Of a stretch of 64,000 nt of DNA, positions 31,617-42,253 are shown in pieces; positions within the stretch are counted from its first letter, which is position 1, and the number at the start of each line of letters is the position of its first letter. The position numbers were made by a program, and so were the translations under genes. The stretch lies in assembly GCA_963712485.1 (NCBI GenBank), contig CAVQID010000019.1, positions 42,684-106,683 on the forward strand. The letters are read 5' to 3'. This stretch comes from an uncultured beta proteobacterium (GTDB lineage: Bacteria; Pseudomonadota; Gammaproteobacteria; Burkholderiales; Burkholderiaceae_F). The notes below the pieces were generated by a model that worked only from the letters and a program-made list of their open reading frames with translations, made no database searches and was not told the DNA's origin.

Positions 31617-31633
31617 CTCGGGGAAACCCCGAG
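31617..31633 (-). terminator. hairpin downstream of the ABC ATPase gene
   Basis: CTCGGGG-AAA-CCCCGAG lies 9 nt after the ATPase stop codon. The U-tract is weak (TTCGAATC). Confidence 0.45.
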
Positions 31634-31641
31634 TGATTGGG

Positions 31642-33492
31642 TCACGCGGTGCGCAAAGGCCGCGGCACGGCGGCGAGCAGCGCCTGGGTATAAGGATGCC
31701 CTGCGGTGAGCAGGAGGGTTGCCGCGGGTCCCTGCTCAACGATGCGACCGTCCTTCATTACGGCGATGTCATCAGCCAGGTACTCGACGACGCCGAAGTT
31801 ATGCGTGATGAAGAGGTAGGCGATACCGAGCTCCGCCTGCAGGTCCTGAAGCAGGTTGAGGATCTGCGCCTGCACCGAAACATCGAGCGCCGACGTCGGT
31901 TCGTCACAAACGATCAGGCGCGGTTCGACGGCGAGCGCGCGGGCAATGGCCAGCCGCTGGCGCTGGCCGCCGGAAAATTCGTGCGGGTAGCGCACGAGCG
32001 CGTCCTGACGCAGGCCCACACGATCAATGAGTGCACGCACCCGATCGGCTCGTGCGGCAGCGTCGACCTGCGGCCGCAGCGCGACGATGCCTTCCTCGAG
32101 AATGTCCTGAACGCGCATGCGCGGATTCAACGAGGCGTACGGGTCCTGGAAGATGATCTGGATCTTGCGGCGAGCCTCGCGCAGGTCGTCGCCGTCGAGA
32201 CGATCCAGCGCAATGCCGTCGATCAGTGCTTCGCCTTCGATGTGAGCCAAGCCACGCAGCAATTGCACCAGCGCCTTGCCCGTCGTCGTCTTGCCGCAGC
32301 CGGATTCGCCGACGAGCGCGAGTGTGCGGCCCGCCGCGAGATCAAAGGAAATGCCGTCGACCGCCTTGACGTAGCCGACGGTGCGGCGCAGCAGGCCGCG
32401 TCGAATCGGAAAGTGGACTCGGTAGTCGCGCAACTGCAGCAATGGCGTTGCGCCCGACGATTGCAGCGGCGCGGCGCTGCGATCGGCGACGTCGCGGGTG
32501 CCGGCCAGCGGCACGATTGCTGCGCCGCGTCGATACAGCACGCAACGGACCTGGTGGCCGGCGATCGGTTCGAGCAGTTCCGGTGGACTGGCAAGGCATG
32601 CATCGTGTGCGTGCGGACAGCGGTCGGCGAAGCGGCAGCGATCAAAATTCTGATTCAGTGCCGGGACGGTGCCGGGTATCGCCGTCAGACGCGCCTGGCG
32701 CTTGGCACGGTCCGGCAGTGCGTCGAGCAGCATGCGCGCATAAGGATGCAGCGGGCGTGCGAAGAACTCGGTTGTCTCCGCCACCTCGATGATCTGCCCG
32801 GCGTACATCAACGCGACGCGTTGGGCGACTTCGGCAACGATGCCGAGATCGTGGGTGATCAGCAGCATCGCCATGCCCTGCGTGCGCTGCAGGTCAACCA
32901 GCAGGTCGAGGATCTGCTTCTGAATCGTCACGTCCAGCGCCGTCGTCGGCTCGTCGGCGATGACGATGTCGGGCTCTCCGGCGAGCGCGATGGCGATCAT
33001 CACGCGCTGCTTCTGCCCGCCGGAGAGCTGGAACGGATAGCTGCCGATGCGCTGTTCCGGGTCGGGCAGCCTGACCCGGCGCAGCCACTCCAGCGCTTTT
33101 GCGCGCGCCGCTGCGCCGCGCAGCGCCGTGTGGCGCTCGATCACCTCGACGATCTGTTGCCCGACCGGAAGAACCGGATTCAGGCTGGTCGACGGTTCCT
33201 GGAAGATGATGCTGACGCGACGGCCACGTACGTCGCGCATGCGTGCTTCGGGCAACTGGGCGATGTCGATGCCCGACAGGTCCATCGTGCCGCGTTGCAC
33301 GCGACCATTTTCGGGCAGCAGTCGCAGGATCGACAGCGCGGTCATCGACTTGCCGCAGCCTGATTCGCCGACGAGCGCGAAGGTCTCGCCACGCTCGAGC
33401 GTCAGCGCAAGCGCGTCGACGGCATGAACCAGGCCGCCGTCGGTGTCGAGCACCGTGTCGAGCGCGTCGATCGTCAGCACGGCATTGCTCAT
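31642..33492 (-). CDS. ABC transporter ATP-binding protein, duplicated ATPase (YejF/Opp-DppDF fused type)
   Basis: Two complete NBDs with Walker A (GESGCGKS, twice) and signature (LSGGQKQR and FSGGQRQR). The family N-terminus [12 protein letters not shown] begins at 33492. An alternative upstream ATG lies at 33597. Confidence 0.88.
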   Translation of the reverse strand: MSNAVLTIDALDTVLDTDGGLVHAVDALALTLERGETFALVGESGCGKSMTALSILRLLPENGRVQRGTMDLSGIDIAQLPEARMRDVRGRRVSIIFQEPSTSLNPVLPVGQQIVEVIERHTALRGAAARAKALEWLRRVRLPDPEQRIGSYPFQLSGGQKQRVMIAIALAGEPDIVIADEPTTALDVTIQKQILDLLVDLQRTQGMAMLLITHDLGIVAEVAQRVALMYAGQIIEVAETTEFFARPLHPYARMLLDALPDRAKRQARLTAIPGTVPALNQNFDRCRFADRCPHAHDACLASPPELLEPIAGHQVRCVLYRRGAAIVPLAGTRDVADRSAAPLQSSGATPLLQLRDYRVHFPIRRGLLRRTVGYVKAVDGISFDLAAGRTLALVGESGCGKTTTGKALVQLLRGLAHIEGEALIDGIALDRLDGDDLREARRKIQIIFQDPYASLNPRMRVQDILEEGIVALRPQVDAAARADRVRALIDRVGLRQDALVRYPHEFSGGQRQRLAIARALAVEPRLIVCDEPTSALDVSVQAQILNLLQDLQAELGIAYLFITHNFGVVEYLADDIAVMKDGRIVEQGPAATLLLTAGHPYTQALLAAVPRPLRTA

Positions 33493-33604
33493 CGGCGCGC
33501 CCGCCGGCGGCACTCGATGGCGCTGCCTGGGCTGCAGCGCGGCGCCGGGAAGCGGGGAGCCCCACAGGCGGCCGGGCGGGTAACGCGCGCAGCGCATCGA
33601 ACGT

Positions 33605-35050
33605 TCACGTCGCTTCCTTCAGGCGAACGCGCCGCGGCCGGAACGCACGCGCGCGCGGATCGAAGGCCTCGCGCACGGCATCGGCGAACAGATTGGCCGC
33701 CAGCACCAGCGCCAGCATGAAAGTGAACGCCGTTGCGAGGTTCCACCAGACGACGGGGTCGCGCGACATCTCGCTGCGCGCCAGGTTGATCATCGAACCG
33801 AAGCTCGAGGAGTTCGGGTCGACTCCGACGCCGACGTAGGACAGCACCGCCTCGTACAGCACCAGTGCCGAGAAGTCGAGCACCGCGACGATCAGCACCA
33901 GGTGCATGACGTTCGGCAGGATGTGGCGTCGCATGATGCGCCAGTGGCTGACGCCGAAGGCGTGCGCCGCCTGCACGTACTCGAGCTCGGCAATTTTCAG
34001 CGTCTCGGCGCGCAACAGGCGGCACAGCGTGGCCCAGCCGGTGATACCGAGGATCAGGCACAGCAGGAAGAGGCGAAACTCGGCGCGCTCGACGCCGGTG
34101 GCGAACGCCTCGGCGTTGCGGTCGATATAGACGTTGATCAGCAGCACGAACGCGGCGACCAGCAGGATCGGCGGGATCGCCGACAGGACCGTATAGAAGT
34201 ACTGGATCGCGTCGTCGACCCACCCCTTGAAATACCCCGCGAGCACGCCGAGCGCGATCGCCAGTGGCAGGGTGGCGATCGTCGACAGCGAGCCGATCAC
34301 CACGGCGGTACGGATGCTCTTGAGCGCCTGGAACAGCACATCGTTGCCGGTGCGATCGGTGCCGAACGGGTGGTAGGCCGGCCAGATGGCGACAAGCCAG
34401 CCGATGAACATCGCCAGCAACGCGGCGGTGAGCAGCATTGCGCGCCACGGCACGTCGGTGTTTCCGCGCACCATGTCGTTGAGCGACAAGCGCCACTGCG
34501 TCGGCCTGCCGCCGCGCAGTGCGGCGATCGCCAAGGTCAGCACGATCGCGACGACCAAGCCGCCCGCAACCCCGGCGACGGACCGCCGCACGAGATCGGG
34601 CTTCCAGTTCGTCTCAGGATTGTCGAGGTGCGCGCCGCCGTGGGCCAGTCGCGGGAACGCGCGCACCTCGCGTCCATCGACAATCTCGGTTTCGCGCTGG
34701 AAAGACCAGTACGCCAACGGAACCGAGTACGTCTTTTCGCGGGCATCGATTGCATGCCGCAGCAGTACGTCAAGCGGCGACAGCGTGCGTGTGGCGTACG
34801 CGACCGCGGATTCGCTCGCCGCGCCGGCTGTGGCCGGAAGCCGCGGCCGGAAGTGGATCGAGTCGAGCAGTGCAATGCTGATGAACACGATCAGCACGAC
34901 TGCTGCCGACATCGCCGGCGCGTCGTGCACAACATGGCTCCAGGTCTTACGCAGGTTCGCGTTGCCGCGGACATGGACGACGTAGGCGACGACGGTGGCA
35001 ACGAGCAGCCACAACACCAGATCGGTCCAGAGAAAGACGAACTTGGGCAC
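33605..35050 (-). CDS. ABC transporter permease (DppC/OppC/YejE type) with a ~190-aa N-terminal extension
   Basis: 481 aa. The C-terminal ~290 aa is a BPD-transporter permease core (GTDRTGNDVLFQALKSIRTAVVIG...). The N-terminal region has extra TM helices and a predicted periplasmic loop. Confidence 0.8.
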   Translation of the reverse strand: MPKFVFLWTDLVLWLLVATVVAYVVHVRGNANLRKTWSHVVHDAPAMSAAVVLIVFISIALLDSIHFRPRLPATAGAASESAVAYATRTLSPLDVLLRHAIDAREKTYSVPLAYWSFQRETEIVDGREVRAFPRLAHGGAHLDNPETNWKPDLVRRSVAGVAGGLVVAIVLTLAIAALRGGRPTQWRLSLNDMVRGNTDVPWRAMLLTAALLAMFIGWLVAIWPAYHPFGTDRTGNDVLFQALKSIRTAVVIGSLSTIATLPLAIALGVLAGYFKGWVDDAIQYFYTVLSAIPPILLVAAFVLLINVYIDRNAEAFATGVERAEFRLFLLCLILGITGWATLCRLLRAETLKIAELEYVQAAHAFGVSHWRIMRRHILPNVMHLVLIVAVLDFSALVLYEAVLSYVGVGVDPNSSSFGSMINLARSEMSRDPVVWWNLATAFTFMLALVLAANLFADAVREAFDPRARAFRPRRVRLKEAT

Positions 35051-35056
35051 GATGTG

Positions 35057-36034
35057 TCAGGCGAGGCGAACCCGCGGATCGACAAAGGTGTACGCGATGT
35101 CGGTCGCGAGATAGGCAAGGATGTAGAGCAACGAACCCAGGAACACCATCGTGTGCACGATGGCGAAGTCCTGGCCGGCAATCGCTTCAACGACGTAAGT
35201 GCCGAGTCCCGGGATGCCGAAGAACGACTCGAAGACGATCGAACCGAGGAAGGCGTAGGGCAGCAGCGCGCCGACATGGGTGAGTATCGGCAGCATTGCA
35301 TTGCGCAGCACATGGCCGAAGAGCACGGCAGGCTCGGCCAGACCCTTGGATCGTGCGGTGCGCACGTAGTCTTTGCCGACTTCTTCGAGCAGCATCGCGC
35401 GGAACAGGCGCGCCTCCGAGCCGAGCTGGAACACGATGCCGACGACGAGCGGCAGTGCCAGGAACTTCAGCAGGTCGAGGCCGGGTACGAAGCCCGACAG
35501 CGGCACGAGCTTCAGCGTTTTGCCGAAGAACCACTGCGCCATGATGATGTAAAACAGACTGGATATCGACATCATCACGACGCATACGACCGTGCCCCAG
35601 AAGTCGAGGTAGCTGGCGCGGAAGAACACCAGCAGCAGCGAAAACGCGATGCCCGAAAACACCGTCAGCAGCAGCATCGGGCCGGCGAGCGCCAGGCTGG
35701 CCGGGATCCGCGTGGCGATCTCGTGCCGGATGTCGCGGCCGCTGTCGCTGGTGCCGAAGTTCAGCGAAAACAGACGAAGCGACCGGTCGTAGAAGATCGT
35801 CTGGCGGATCTTGTCGATGCCGTTGGCCTTGGTGTTGAACCACAACGGCTTGTCGTAGCCGCGCTCGGCCTTCCATTTTTCGATCGCGTCCTGCGACACG
35901 CGCTTGGAACCGATATTGAGCCGCGCAATGTTGTCCGGCGAATTGACCGCGAAGAACAGCGTGAACGTCAGGAGGTTCACGCCGATCAGAATCAGCACCG
36001 CGTAGCCGATGCGGCGGACGATGTAGTTCAGCAC
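35057..36034 (-). CDS. ABC transporter permease (DppB/OppB/YejB type)
   Basis: The family N-terminus VLNYIVRRIGYAVLILIGVNLLTFTLFF follows a GTG at 36034. Also contains the EAA-like motif YVRTARSKGLAEPAVLFGHVLRNA. Confidence 0.85.
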   Translation of the reverse strand: MLNYIVRRIGYAVLILIGVNLLTFTLFFAVNSPDNIARLNIGSKRVSQDAIEKWKAERGYDKPLWFNTKANGIDKIRQTIFYDRSLRLFSLNFGTSDSGRDIRHEIATRIPASLALAGPMLLLTVFSGIAFSLLLVFFRASYLDFWGTVVCVVMMSISSLFYIIMAQWFFGKTLKLVPLSGFVPGLDLLKFLALPLVVGIVFQLGSEARLFRAMLLEEVGKDYVRTARSKGLAEPAVLFGHVLRNAMLPILTHVGALLPYAFLGSIVFESFFGIPGLGTYVVEAIAGQDFAIVHTMVFLGSLLYILAYLATDIAYTFVDPRVRLA

Positions 36035-36062
36035 GGTCGCGCGATTCCGGGCTTTACCGTGC

Positions 36063-38304
36063 TCATTCGGCGCCGCCGGCGGGGGCGAGGGTGCGGCCCG
36101 CGGTTTCCCGCTCGCGACGTTTCCAGCTGCGGAACGCCGGCAGCACACCCGCAACCAGCGCCAGCACGAGGATCGCCACCGGCCACCAGATCGGCCGGTT
36201 CCATTCGGCAATCTTCGCCGCGCGCAGCTCCGGGTCGACCTTGAAGTACATCAGCCGATCCATCGCCAGCGGCGCCGGCTTCACGTTGCCGACCCAGCCG
36301 TGGTTCACCGAACCCGCGTACGGGTTGTAGCCGAATGCCCACGGAGCATCGTCGTGCAGGATCTTCACCATCTGGTCGACGACCTGCTGCTTGCGCGGGA
36401 CGTCGTCGAGGTAACGCAACTCCTCGAACAGCTTGTCGAATTCCGGGTTCTGGTAGTTGGCGGTGTTGTTGCCGTTGCCCTGCGTGGCCGCCTGCGAGTT
36501 CGGACCGTAGAGAAGAAAGAGGAAATTCTCGGCGTCGGGGTAGTCGGCGAACCAGCCCCACCAGAATATCTGCAGGCTGCCTTTGTCGGCCTTCTCCTGG
36601 AAGCGGTTGTAGTCGGTCGCGCGCAACTCGAGCTGCACGCCGATCTTGGCAAACTGCTTCACCATCCAGTCGACTTCCGCCTTGAGCTCCGGCGTCAGCG
36701 CGCGCTGGTAGTCGTAGTTCAGCACCAGCGGCTGTCCGCTCTTTGCATCACGCCCGTCGGGGTAGCCCGCCTCGGCCAAAAGGCGCCTGGCCTCCTCGAT
36801 GGACTTGCGGCGCGGCTTGCCGTCGATGACGTCATAGACGATACGGTTGATCGCGTCGGCTCGATAGGCAAAGACGCCGGGGGGAATCGCACTCATCGCC
36901 GGCTCGCCGGCTGCCTTGCTTTCGAAGACCCGCACGAACTCTTCCCAGTCGATCGCGATCGACAGCGCCTGGCGCAGTTTGCGGTTGCGCGCCTGCTCTT
37001 CGGGTGTCTTGCCTTTGCCGACCACCGGATCCCACCAGTTGAAGCCGAGGTACCAGTTGGAAATTTCGAGCGTCTTCGGCATCTGGATGCCGCGCTCGCG
37101 GAACAGCTGCGCCACCTTCTCGGAGTTCTTGACGTCGTAGTCGAGGTCCTGGAACCAGTCGAAGCGCGATACATCGGGGTTGTCGTAGTAGCCCTGCATG
37201 AACTTGGTCTTGTGCGGAATCTTTTCCTTTTCGATCGTGAACACGACGCGGTCGATGAAGGGCATCAGCTTGCCGCAGTCGGCGAGCAGGCCGGCGGACT
37301 TGTCGGCCTCCTCGCCCTCGCACGGGAACGGCTCGCCGCGAAAGTTCGGGTTGCGTGACAGCACGTGCCGCCGATTCTCCTGGTACTCGGTCAGCATGTA
37401 GGGGCCGGTACCGACCGGCCAGTAGTTCATGCTGAGGTTGCGCTCTGCCATTCCCGGCTGCGCGTAGAACCTGTCCGCTTCCCACGGCACTGGCGAGAAG
37501 AACGTCATCGTCAGCCAGTACTTGAACTGCGGGTACTTGCCGTCAAGGCGAATGCGCAGCGTGTGATCGTCGAGCGCCTCCGCCCCCGCCAGCGGAAACT
37601 GGCGGAAGTCGAGGAACGGCAGGTTGCGGTCCGTCAGCGGCTTGCCGTTGCGCAGCTTCTCGTCTTCCTTCGAAATGAGTTCGCTGTAACTCTTCAGGCC
37701 TTTGATGTGTTCGGCCATCGGCGAGAACGACGGCGACTTGATGCGCGTGGTCGCCAGGCGCTTGATCGCGTAGACGTAATCGTGCGCCGTCAGTTCGCGC
37801 GTGCCGTGCTGCTCGAAGTCGAAGGGCGTGCGCCGGTCGCCCAGCTCCTTCTCCGTCAGCGCGTGATAGCGGTAATTGCCGCTTGCGTCTTTTGCGAACG
37901 CGGGGTGCGGCGCGTACAGGATTCCCTTCCTGAGCCGGATGTCGTAGACCGACTCGGCGATCTCGGCGCCCGGCGCATCGGCCGGCAGCTCGCGCGCCTT
38001 CCTTGTCGTAATAGCGCGGGGTGGCGATCGCTTCCGCGGCGCGCGGCGCGACTTCGTACGGGCGCTTCAGGTAATGAAAGCGATACAGCGGCTCGTAAAT
38101 CGCGTAGGTGTACGGCGTCTCGTCGAGCGAGTAGGAGGCGGTGGAATCGAGGTATTTCGGTGAGCGCTCGGCGAACGCGGTGAAGAACGTGTTGGTCTTT
38201 TCGGCCCCGCTGGGATGCGGACTGTTCGTCACGCGGCCGCAGCCGGCCAGCAGCACTGCGCCGGCGAGTAACGACGCCGCCCATCTGCTGTACACCGATC
38301 TCAT
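36063..38304 (-). pseudogene. ABC transporter substrate-binding protein, family 5 (peptide/nickel type), one frame break
   Basis: The lipoprotein signal MRSVYSRWAASLLAGAVLLAGCGR and the first ~100 aa are in the frame of 38304. The remainder (RELPADAPGAEIAESVYD... through ORF 36063..37718) is in another frame, with the break near 37995. Total length is ~746 aa, with a hydrophobic C-terminal segment. Confidence 0.85.
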
Positions 38305-38456
38305 GCTGCCTCCCCGCGTGATCGCGCCGCGCTCCCCGACCCTCGTGAGGCCGGAGGCCGACAAAAGGCGCGCATTGTAGTTTGCACCACGGTCCTGCGC
38401 GAGCGACGCCGTGGACCGTTCGCGCGCGCGGGCGCCCGTATACTGCGGCGCAGCGC

Positions 38457-38906
38457 ATGTCGACGACTCTGCCCTCCGCGACCGGCCAACCGTTCACCTG
38501 GATGATCCGTGTCTACTACGAAGACACGGACACCGGCGGCGTCGTCTACTACGCCAACTATCTGAAGTTCTTTGAGCGTGCGCGCACCGAATGGTTGCGC
38601 GCGGCCGGCATAGAACAGCGCCGGCTGCTCGACGAATTCGGCCTGCAGTTCGTCGTCGCGAATGTCGAATGCGACTATCGGCAGCCGGCCCGCCTGGACG
38701 ATCAGCTCGAGATCGACCTCAGGGTCGTGAAGGCCGGTCGGGTCTTCATTGTTTTTCAACAGACGGCGCGTCGCGGCGACACCGTTCTGGCCACGGCCAA
38801 AGTCAAGGCCGCCTGCATTGATGCGCGCCGTTTCACCCCGGCCGCCATGCCGGCCGCCCTGATCGACGCTTTTCGCACACTGCCCGGATACAGCACATCG
38901 CAATGA
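38457..38906 (+). CDS. ybgC: tol-pal system-associated acyl-CoA thioesterase
   Basis: 4HBT hot-dog fold motif RVYYEDTDTGGVVYYANYLKFFERARTEWLR. Its stop overlaps the tolQ start as ATGA. Confidence 0.88.
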   Translation: MSTTLPSATGQPFTWMIRVYYEDTDTGGVVYYANYLKFFERARTEWLRAAGIEQRRLLDEFGLQFVVANVECDYRQPARLDDQLEIDLRVVKAGRVFIVFQQTARRGDTVLATAKVKAACIDARRFTPAAMPAALIDAFRTLPGYSTSQ

Positions 38907-39574
38907 CACCTGCCGCCGATCTTTCGATCCTGTCGCTGCTCACCAAGGCCACGTTGGTCGTGCAGCTCGTCATGCTGCTGCTCGCCGTGCTGTCGCTCGC
39001 GTCATGGACGGCCATTTTCCAAAAGGGCTTCGCGATCAAGCGGGCCAAGCGCGAGACTGAAAGCTTCGAGGGGCAGTTCTGGGGCGGTGCCGAACTCAGC
39101 CAGCTTTACCAGCAGGCCTCGAATCCGCGTCGCAAGAGCGGCACGCTGGAGCGCATCTTCGAGTCCGGCATGAATGAATTCCTGAAGCTGCGCGGCCGGG
39201 GCGACGCACAAGCCACGCTCGACGGCGCACGCCGCGCGATGCGCGCGTCTTACCAGCGCGAAATGGACGGGCTCGAGTCGCGCCTGAATTTCCTCGCGTC
39301 GGTCGGTTCAGTGAGTCCGTACATCGGACTTTTCGGCACGGTCTGGGGAATCATGCACGCGTTCACGGGTCTGTCTAACCTGCAGCAGGCCAACCTGGCG
39401 AGCGTCGCACCGGGCATCGCCGAGGCGCTGGTTGCAACGGCAATTGGCCTGTTCGCGGCGATTCCTGCGGTGGTCGCGTACAACCGGTTCGCCAACGACA
39501 TCGACCGCCTCGCCAACCGCTTCGAGAGCTTCATGGAAGAGTTCCTCAACATCCTGCAGCGGCAGCGCACCTAG
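38903..39574 (+). CDS. tolQ: Tol-Pal system protein TolQ
   Basis: 223 aa. MotA/TolQ/ExbB core: SVSPYIGLFGTVWGIMHAF and APGIAEALVATAIGLFAAIPAV. Confidence 0.93.
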   Translation: MTPAADLSILSLLTKATLVVQLVMLLLAVLSLASWTAIFQKGFAIKRAKRETESFEGQFWGGAELSQLYQQASNPRRKSGTLERIFESGMNEFLKLRGRGDAQATLDGARRAMRASYQREMDGLESRLNFLASVGSVSPYIGLFGTVWGIMHAFTGLSNLQQANLASVAPGIAEALVATAIGLFAAIPAVVAYNRFANDIDRLANRFESFMEEFLNILQRQRT

Positions 39575-39585
39575 GGACATCGTCG

Positions 39586-40009
39586 ATGGCCCTGGTTGCA
39601 CGTCGCGGCGGACGCCGTCGTCGGATGATGGCGGACATCAACGTCGTCCCGTACGTCGACGTGATGCTGGTGCTGGTCGTCATCCTGATGGTGGCCGCGC
39701 CGTTCGTGAACCCGAGCGTCGTCAACCTTCCCAGCGTGGCCAAGGCCGGGCAGCAGAAGGACATCCCGGTGCGCGTCGTTGTGCGACCCAACGGCAGAGT
39801 CTCGGTGTTCGACGCCAACGCCCGCGAGCGGCCCGGTAGAAGCGGGGCAACTCGTCGCCCTCGTTCGTGACCGCCAGGCCGGCAGGGCCGCGACGCCGGT
39901 GGTCATCGAGGCTGACGGCGAAGTGAAATACGAGGCCGTCGTCAAGGTCATGAGCGAGTTGCAGAAGGCGGGCATCGAGCGGGTGGGACTCTCGGTGCAG
40001 GTGCGGTGA
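39586..40009 (+). pseudogene. tolR: Tol-Pal system protein TolR, one frame break
   Basis: RRRRMMADINVVPYVDVMLVLVVILMVAAP... is in the frame of 39586. The C-terminal part, VEAGQLVALVRDRQAG...VIEADGEVKYEAVVKVMSELQKAGIERVGLSV, is in ORF 39779..40009. The break is near 39825. Confidence 0.88.
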
Positions 40010-40851
40010 ACGCGCCTGCAACGCCTCGTCGTTCTCCGTCAAGGCGCCGGTGGCATGCGCCCGAGCGCACTGCACCGGCGTTTGCGCTTTCGCTGCTCGC
40101 CCACAGTCTGCTCTTCATCGCGATCGCGTTTGCGGTGCGCTGGAAGACCGAGCCGGCCGGATCGGTCGCGGTGGAACTGTGGGGCGGGCTGCCGCCGGCC
40201 GCGGTCGAGGCGCCGCGCCCGGCGCCACCGCCGGTCGCCGTGACACCGAAACCCGTCGAGCCGCCGCCCGAGCCGCGCAAGGCGGAGATCGTCGAGAAGC
40301 CGGAGCCTGAACCGGTCAAGAAGGCGCCGCCACCGAAGGTCGAACCACCCAAGAAGGTCGAACCACCAAAGAAAGTCGAGCCGCCGAAGAAGGCCGAGCC
40401 CGATCCGCGGCAGGAACAACTGAAGCGCGAGGCCGCCGAAGCGCGCGTGGCACAGGCCGCAGCCGAGAAGCAGCGCCAGGCCGCGATCGACCGGGCCTTA
40501 GCCGCGGCAGGTGGCGCGCCGAGCGGAGCACCGGGAGGCAATCCGGCCGCTGGACCGGGCGGAATGGCGCGCGGTTACGAGTCCCAGGTCGTGGGCTGCA
40601 TCCGCCCCCACATCGCGTTCAACGTTCCCGAGAGCCTGCAGCCGAAGCAACATGTCGCCGAGTTCGAAGTGCAGCTGCTGCCATCCGGCGAACAGGTCGG
40701 GGCACCGCGCTTGCTTCGGGGCAGTGGCCTCGCGGCCTATGACCAGGCGGTCGAGCGCGCAATCCGTCGCTGCGATCCTTTTCCGCGTCCGCGCGAAGGA
40801 ACGATGCCGCGTTCGCTACGTCTCACCTTCGATCCCGTGGAGACCCGATAG
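40006..40851 (+). CDS. tolA: cell envelope integrity protein TolA
   Basis: Has a TM anchor, a Pro/Lys/Glu/Ala-rich helical domain with (PPKKVE)n, and a C-terminal TolA domain III. The GTGA start overlaps the tolR stop. Confidence 0.85.
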   Translation: MNAPATPRRSPSRRRWHAPERTAPAFALSLLAHSLLFIAIAFAVRWKTEPAGSVAVELWGGLPPAAVEAPRPAPPPVAVTPKPVEPPPEPRKAEIVEKPEPEPVKKAPPPKVEPPKKVEPPKKVEPPKKAEPDPRQEQLKREAAEARVAQAAAEKQRQAAIDRALAAAGGAPSGAPGGNPAAGPGGMARGYESQVVGCIRPHIAFNVPESLQPKQHVAEFEVQLLPSGEQVGAPRLLRGSGLAAYDQAVERAIRRCDPFPRPREGTMPRSLRLTFDPVETR

Positions 40852-40942
40852 CACTGTCTCAATCAGATCACACGTCCGCCGTCGCGCGTTTCCGTGAACG
40901 TCGCACTCGCGCCACTGTCTATACTCGCCGCCAGCCTTCCGA

Positions 40943-42238
40943 ATGAATAAACGAAGAAACACCGCCTCGCATATCGCCCGCCGCAGCTTCTGTGGTGCGC
41001 TCGTCCTCCTGCCTTACGCCGCACGCGCGCAGTTGCGCGTCGAGATCACCGGGGTCGGCGGCCAGCAGTTTCCGATCGCGATTGCGCCATTTGCGCAGGA
41101 CACCACACCGCCTCAGGATGTCGCGGCGATCGTGCGTGCGGACCTTGCGCGCAGCGGCCTGTTTCGCGTTGTCGATGCCGGCTCGCAGCCGCTTCCCGAA
41201 ACGGCCAACGTCAACCTCGGTGACTGGAAGGCACGCGGCGCCGATGCGCTGGCCATGGGCAGCGCACGCCGGCTCGCCGATGGCCGCTACGACGTTCGCT
41301 TCCGCCTGCTCGACACCGTCAAGCAGGCCCAGCTCGATGGCCTGTCGTATCTCGCGCCGGCATCGGAACTGAGACTGACCGCTCACCGGATTGCCGATCG
41401 CATCTACGAGAAGATCACCGGGGAGCGCGGCGTGTTCGCCACGCGCATCGCCTATGTCGTGCAGACCAGCCGCAACTCCTGGGAACTGCACGTTGCCGAT
41501 GCGGACGGCGCCAATTCGCAGGCTGCGCTCCGTTCACGCGAGCCCATCATCTCGCCCGCGTGGGCGCAGGACGGCATACGGCTTGCCTACGTCAGTTTCG
41601 AGACGGGCAAGCCGGTGGTTTACGTGCATACGGTCACGACGGGTGAGCGCAAGGCCGTCGCGAACTTCCGGGGCTCGAACAGTGCGCCGGCCTGGTCGCC
41701 CGACGGACGATCGCTCGCGGTGACGCTGACGCGCGAGGGCAACTCGCAGATCTTTCTGATGAACGCTGACGGCTCCAACGTTCGGCGCATTACGCAGTCG
41801 AGCGGCATCGATACCGAGCCGGTCTTCAGCCCCGATGGCCAATCCATTTACTTCACTTCCGATCGTGGCGGCGGCCCGCAGGTGTATCGCATGCCGGCGA
41901 CCGGAGGCGGCGCGCAGCGGGTCACGTTCGGCGGCGACTACAACATCAGTCCGCGGCTTTCGCCGGACGGCAAGTTGATGGCATTCGTCGCCCGCCGCGG
42001 TGGCCGGTTCCAGGTCATGGTTCTCGATCTCGCCAGCGGGACCGAGTCTCCGGTAACCGATACCGCGCGCGATGAGTCCCCGAGCTTCGCGCCGAATGGC
42101 CGACTGCTGCTTTATGCAACCGAAGTCGGCGGCCGCGGCATTCTGGCGTCGGCCTCGGTCGATGGCCGCGTGCGCACGCGGCTGACCGGCCCGAGCGGTG
42201 ACATTCGCGAGCCCACGTGGGGTCCATACATCAAGTAG
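40943..42238 (+). CDS. tolB: Tol-Pal system beta-propeller protein TolB
   Basis: 431 aa with a signal peptide. Shows the repeated P.WSPDG / FSPDG propeller motifs. Confidence 0.95.
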   Translation: MNKRRNTASHIARRSFCGALVLLPYAARAQLRVEITGVGGQQFPIAIAPFAQDTTPPQDVAAIVRADLARSGLFRVVDAGSQPLPETANVNLGDWKARGADALAMGSARRLADGRYDVRFRLLDTVKQAQLDGLSYLAPASELRLTAHRIADRIYEKITGERGVFATRIAYVVQTSRNSWELHVADADGANSQAALRSREPIISPAWAQDGIRLAYVSFETGKPVVYVHTVTTGERKAVANFRGSNSAPAWSPDGRSLAVTLTREGNSQIFLMNADGSNVRRITQSSGIDTEPVFSPDGQSIYFTSDRGGGPQVYRMPATGGGAQRVTFGGDYNISPRLSPDGKLMAFVARRGGRFQVMVLDLASGTESPVTDTARDESPSFAPNGRLLLYATEVGGRGILASASVDGRVRTRLTGPSGDIREPTWGPYIK

Positions 42239-42253
42239 GTTTCAGAGCAAGGA

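Noticed and set aside
31447-36244. Very long plus-strand ORFs (31447..33363, 638 aa; 33902..36244, 780 aa) opposite the ABC transporter genes.
   Set aside because: The minus strand carries textbook Walker/signature motifs and permease cores. The plus-strand products are low-complexity R/D/Q/H strings, the classic shadow ORFs of a GC-rich genome.
40329-40400. In-frame 18-nt tandem repeat encoding (PPKKVE)n inside tolA. The Pro/Ala-rich tracts in tonB and exbB are similar.
   Set aside because: These are the normal low-complexity linker regions of TolA, TonB and ExbB-type proteins. They are not independent DNA repeat elements, although copy number could vary between strains.
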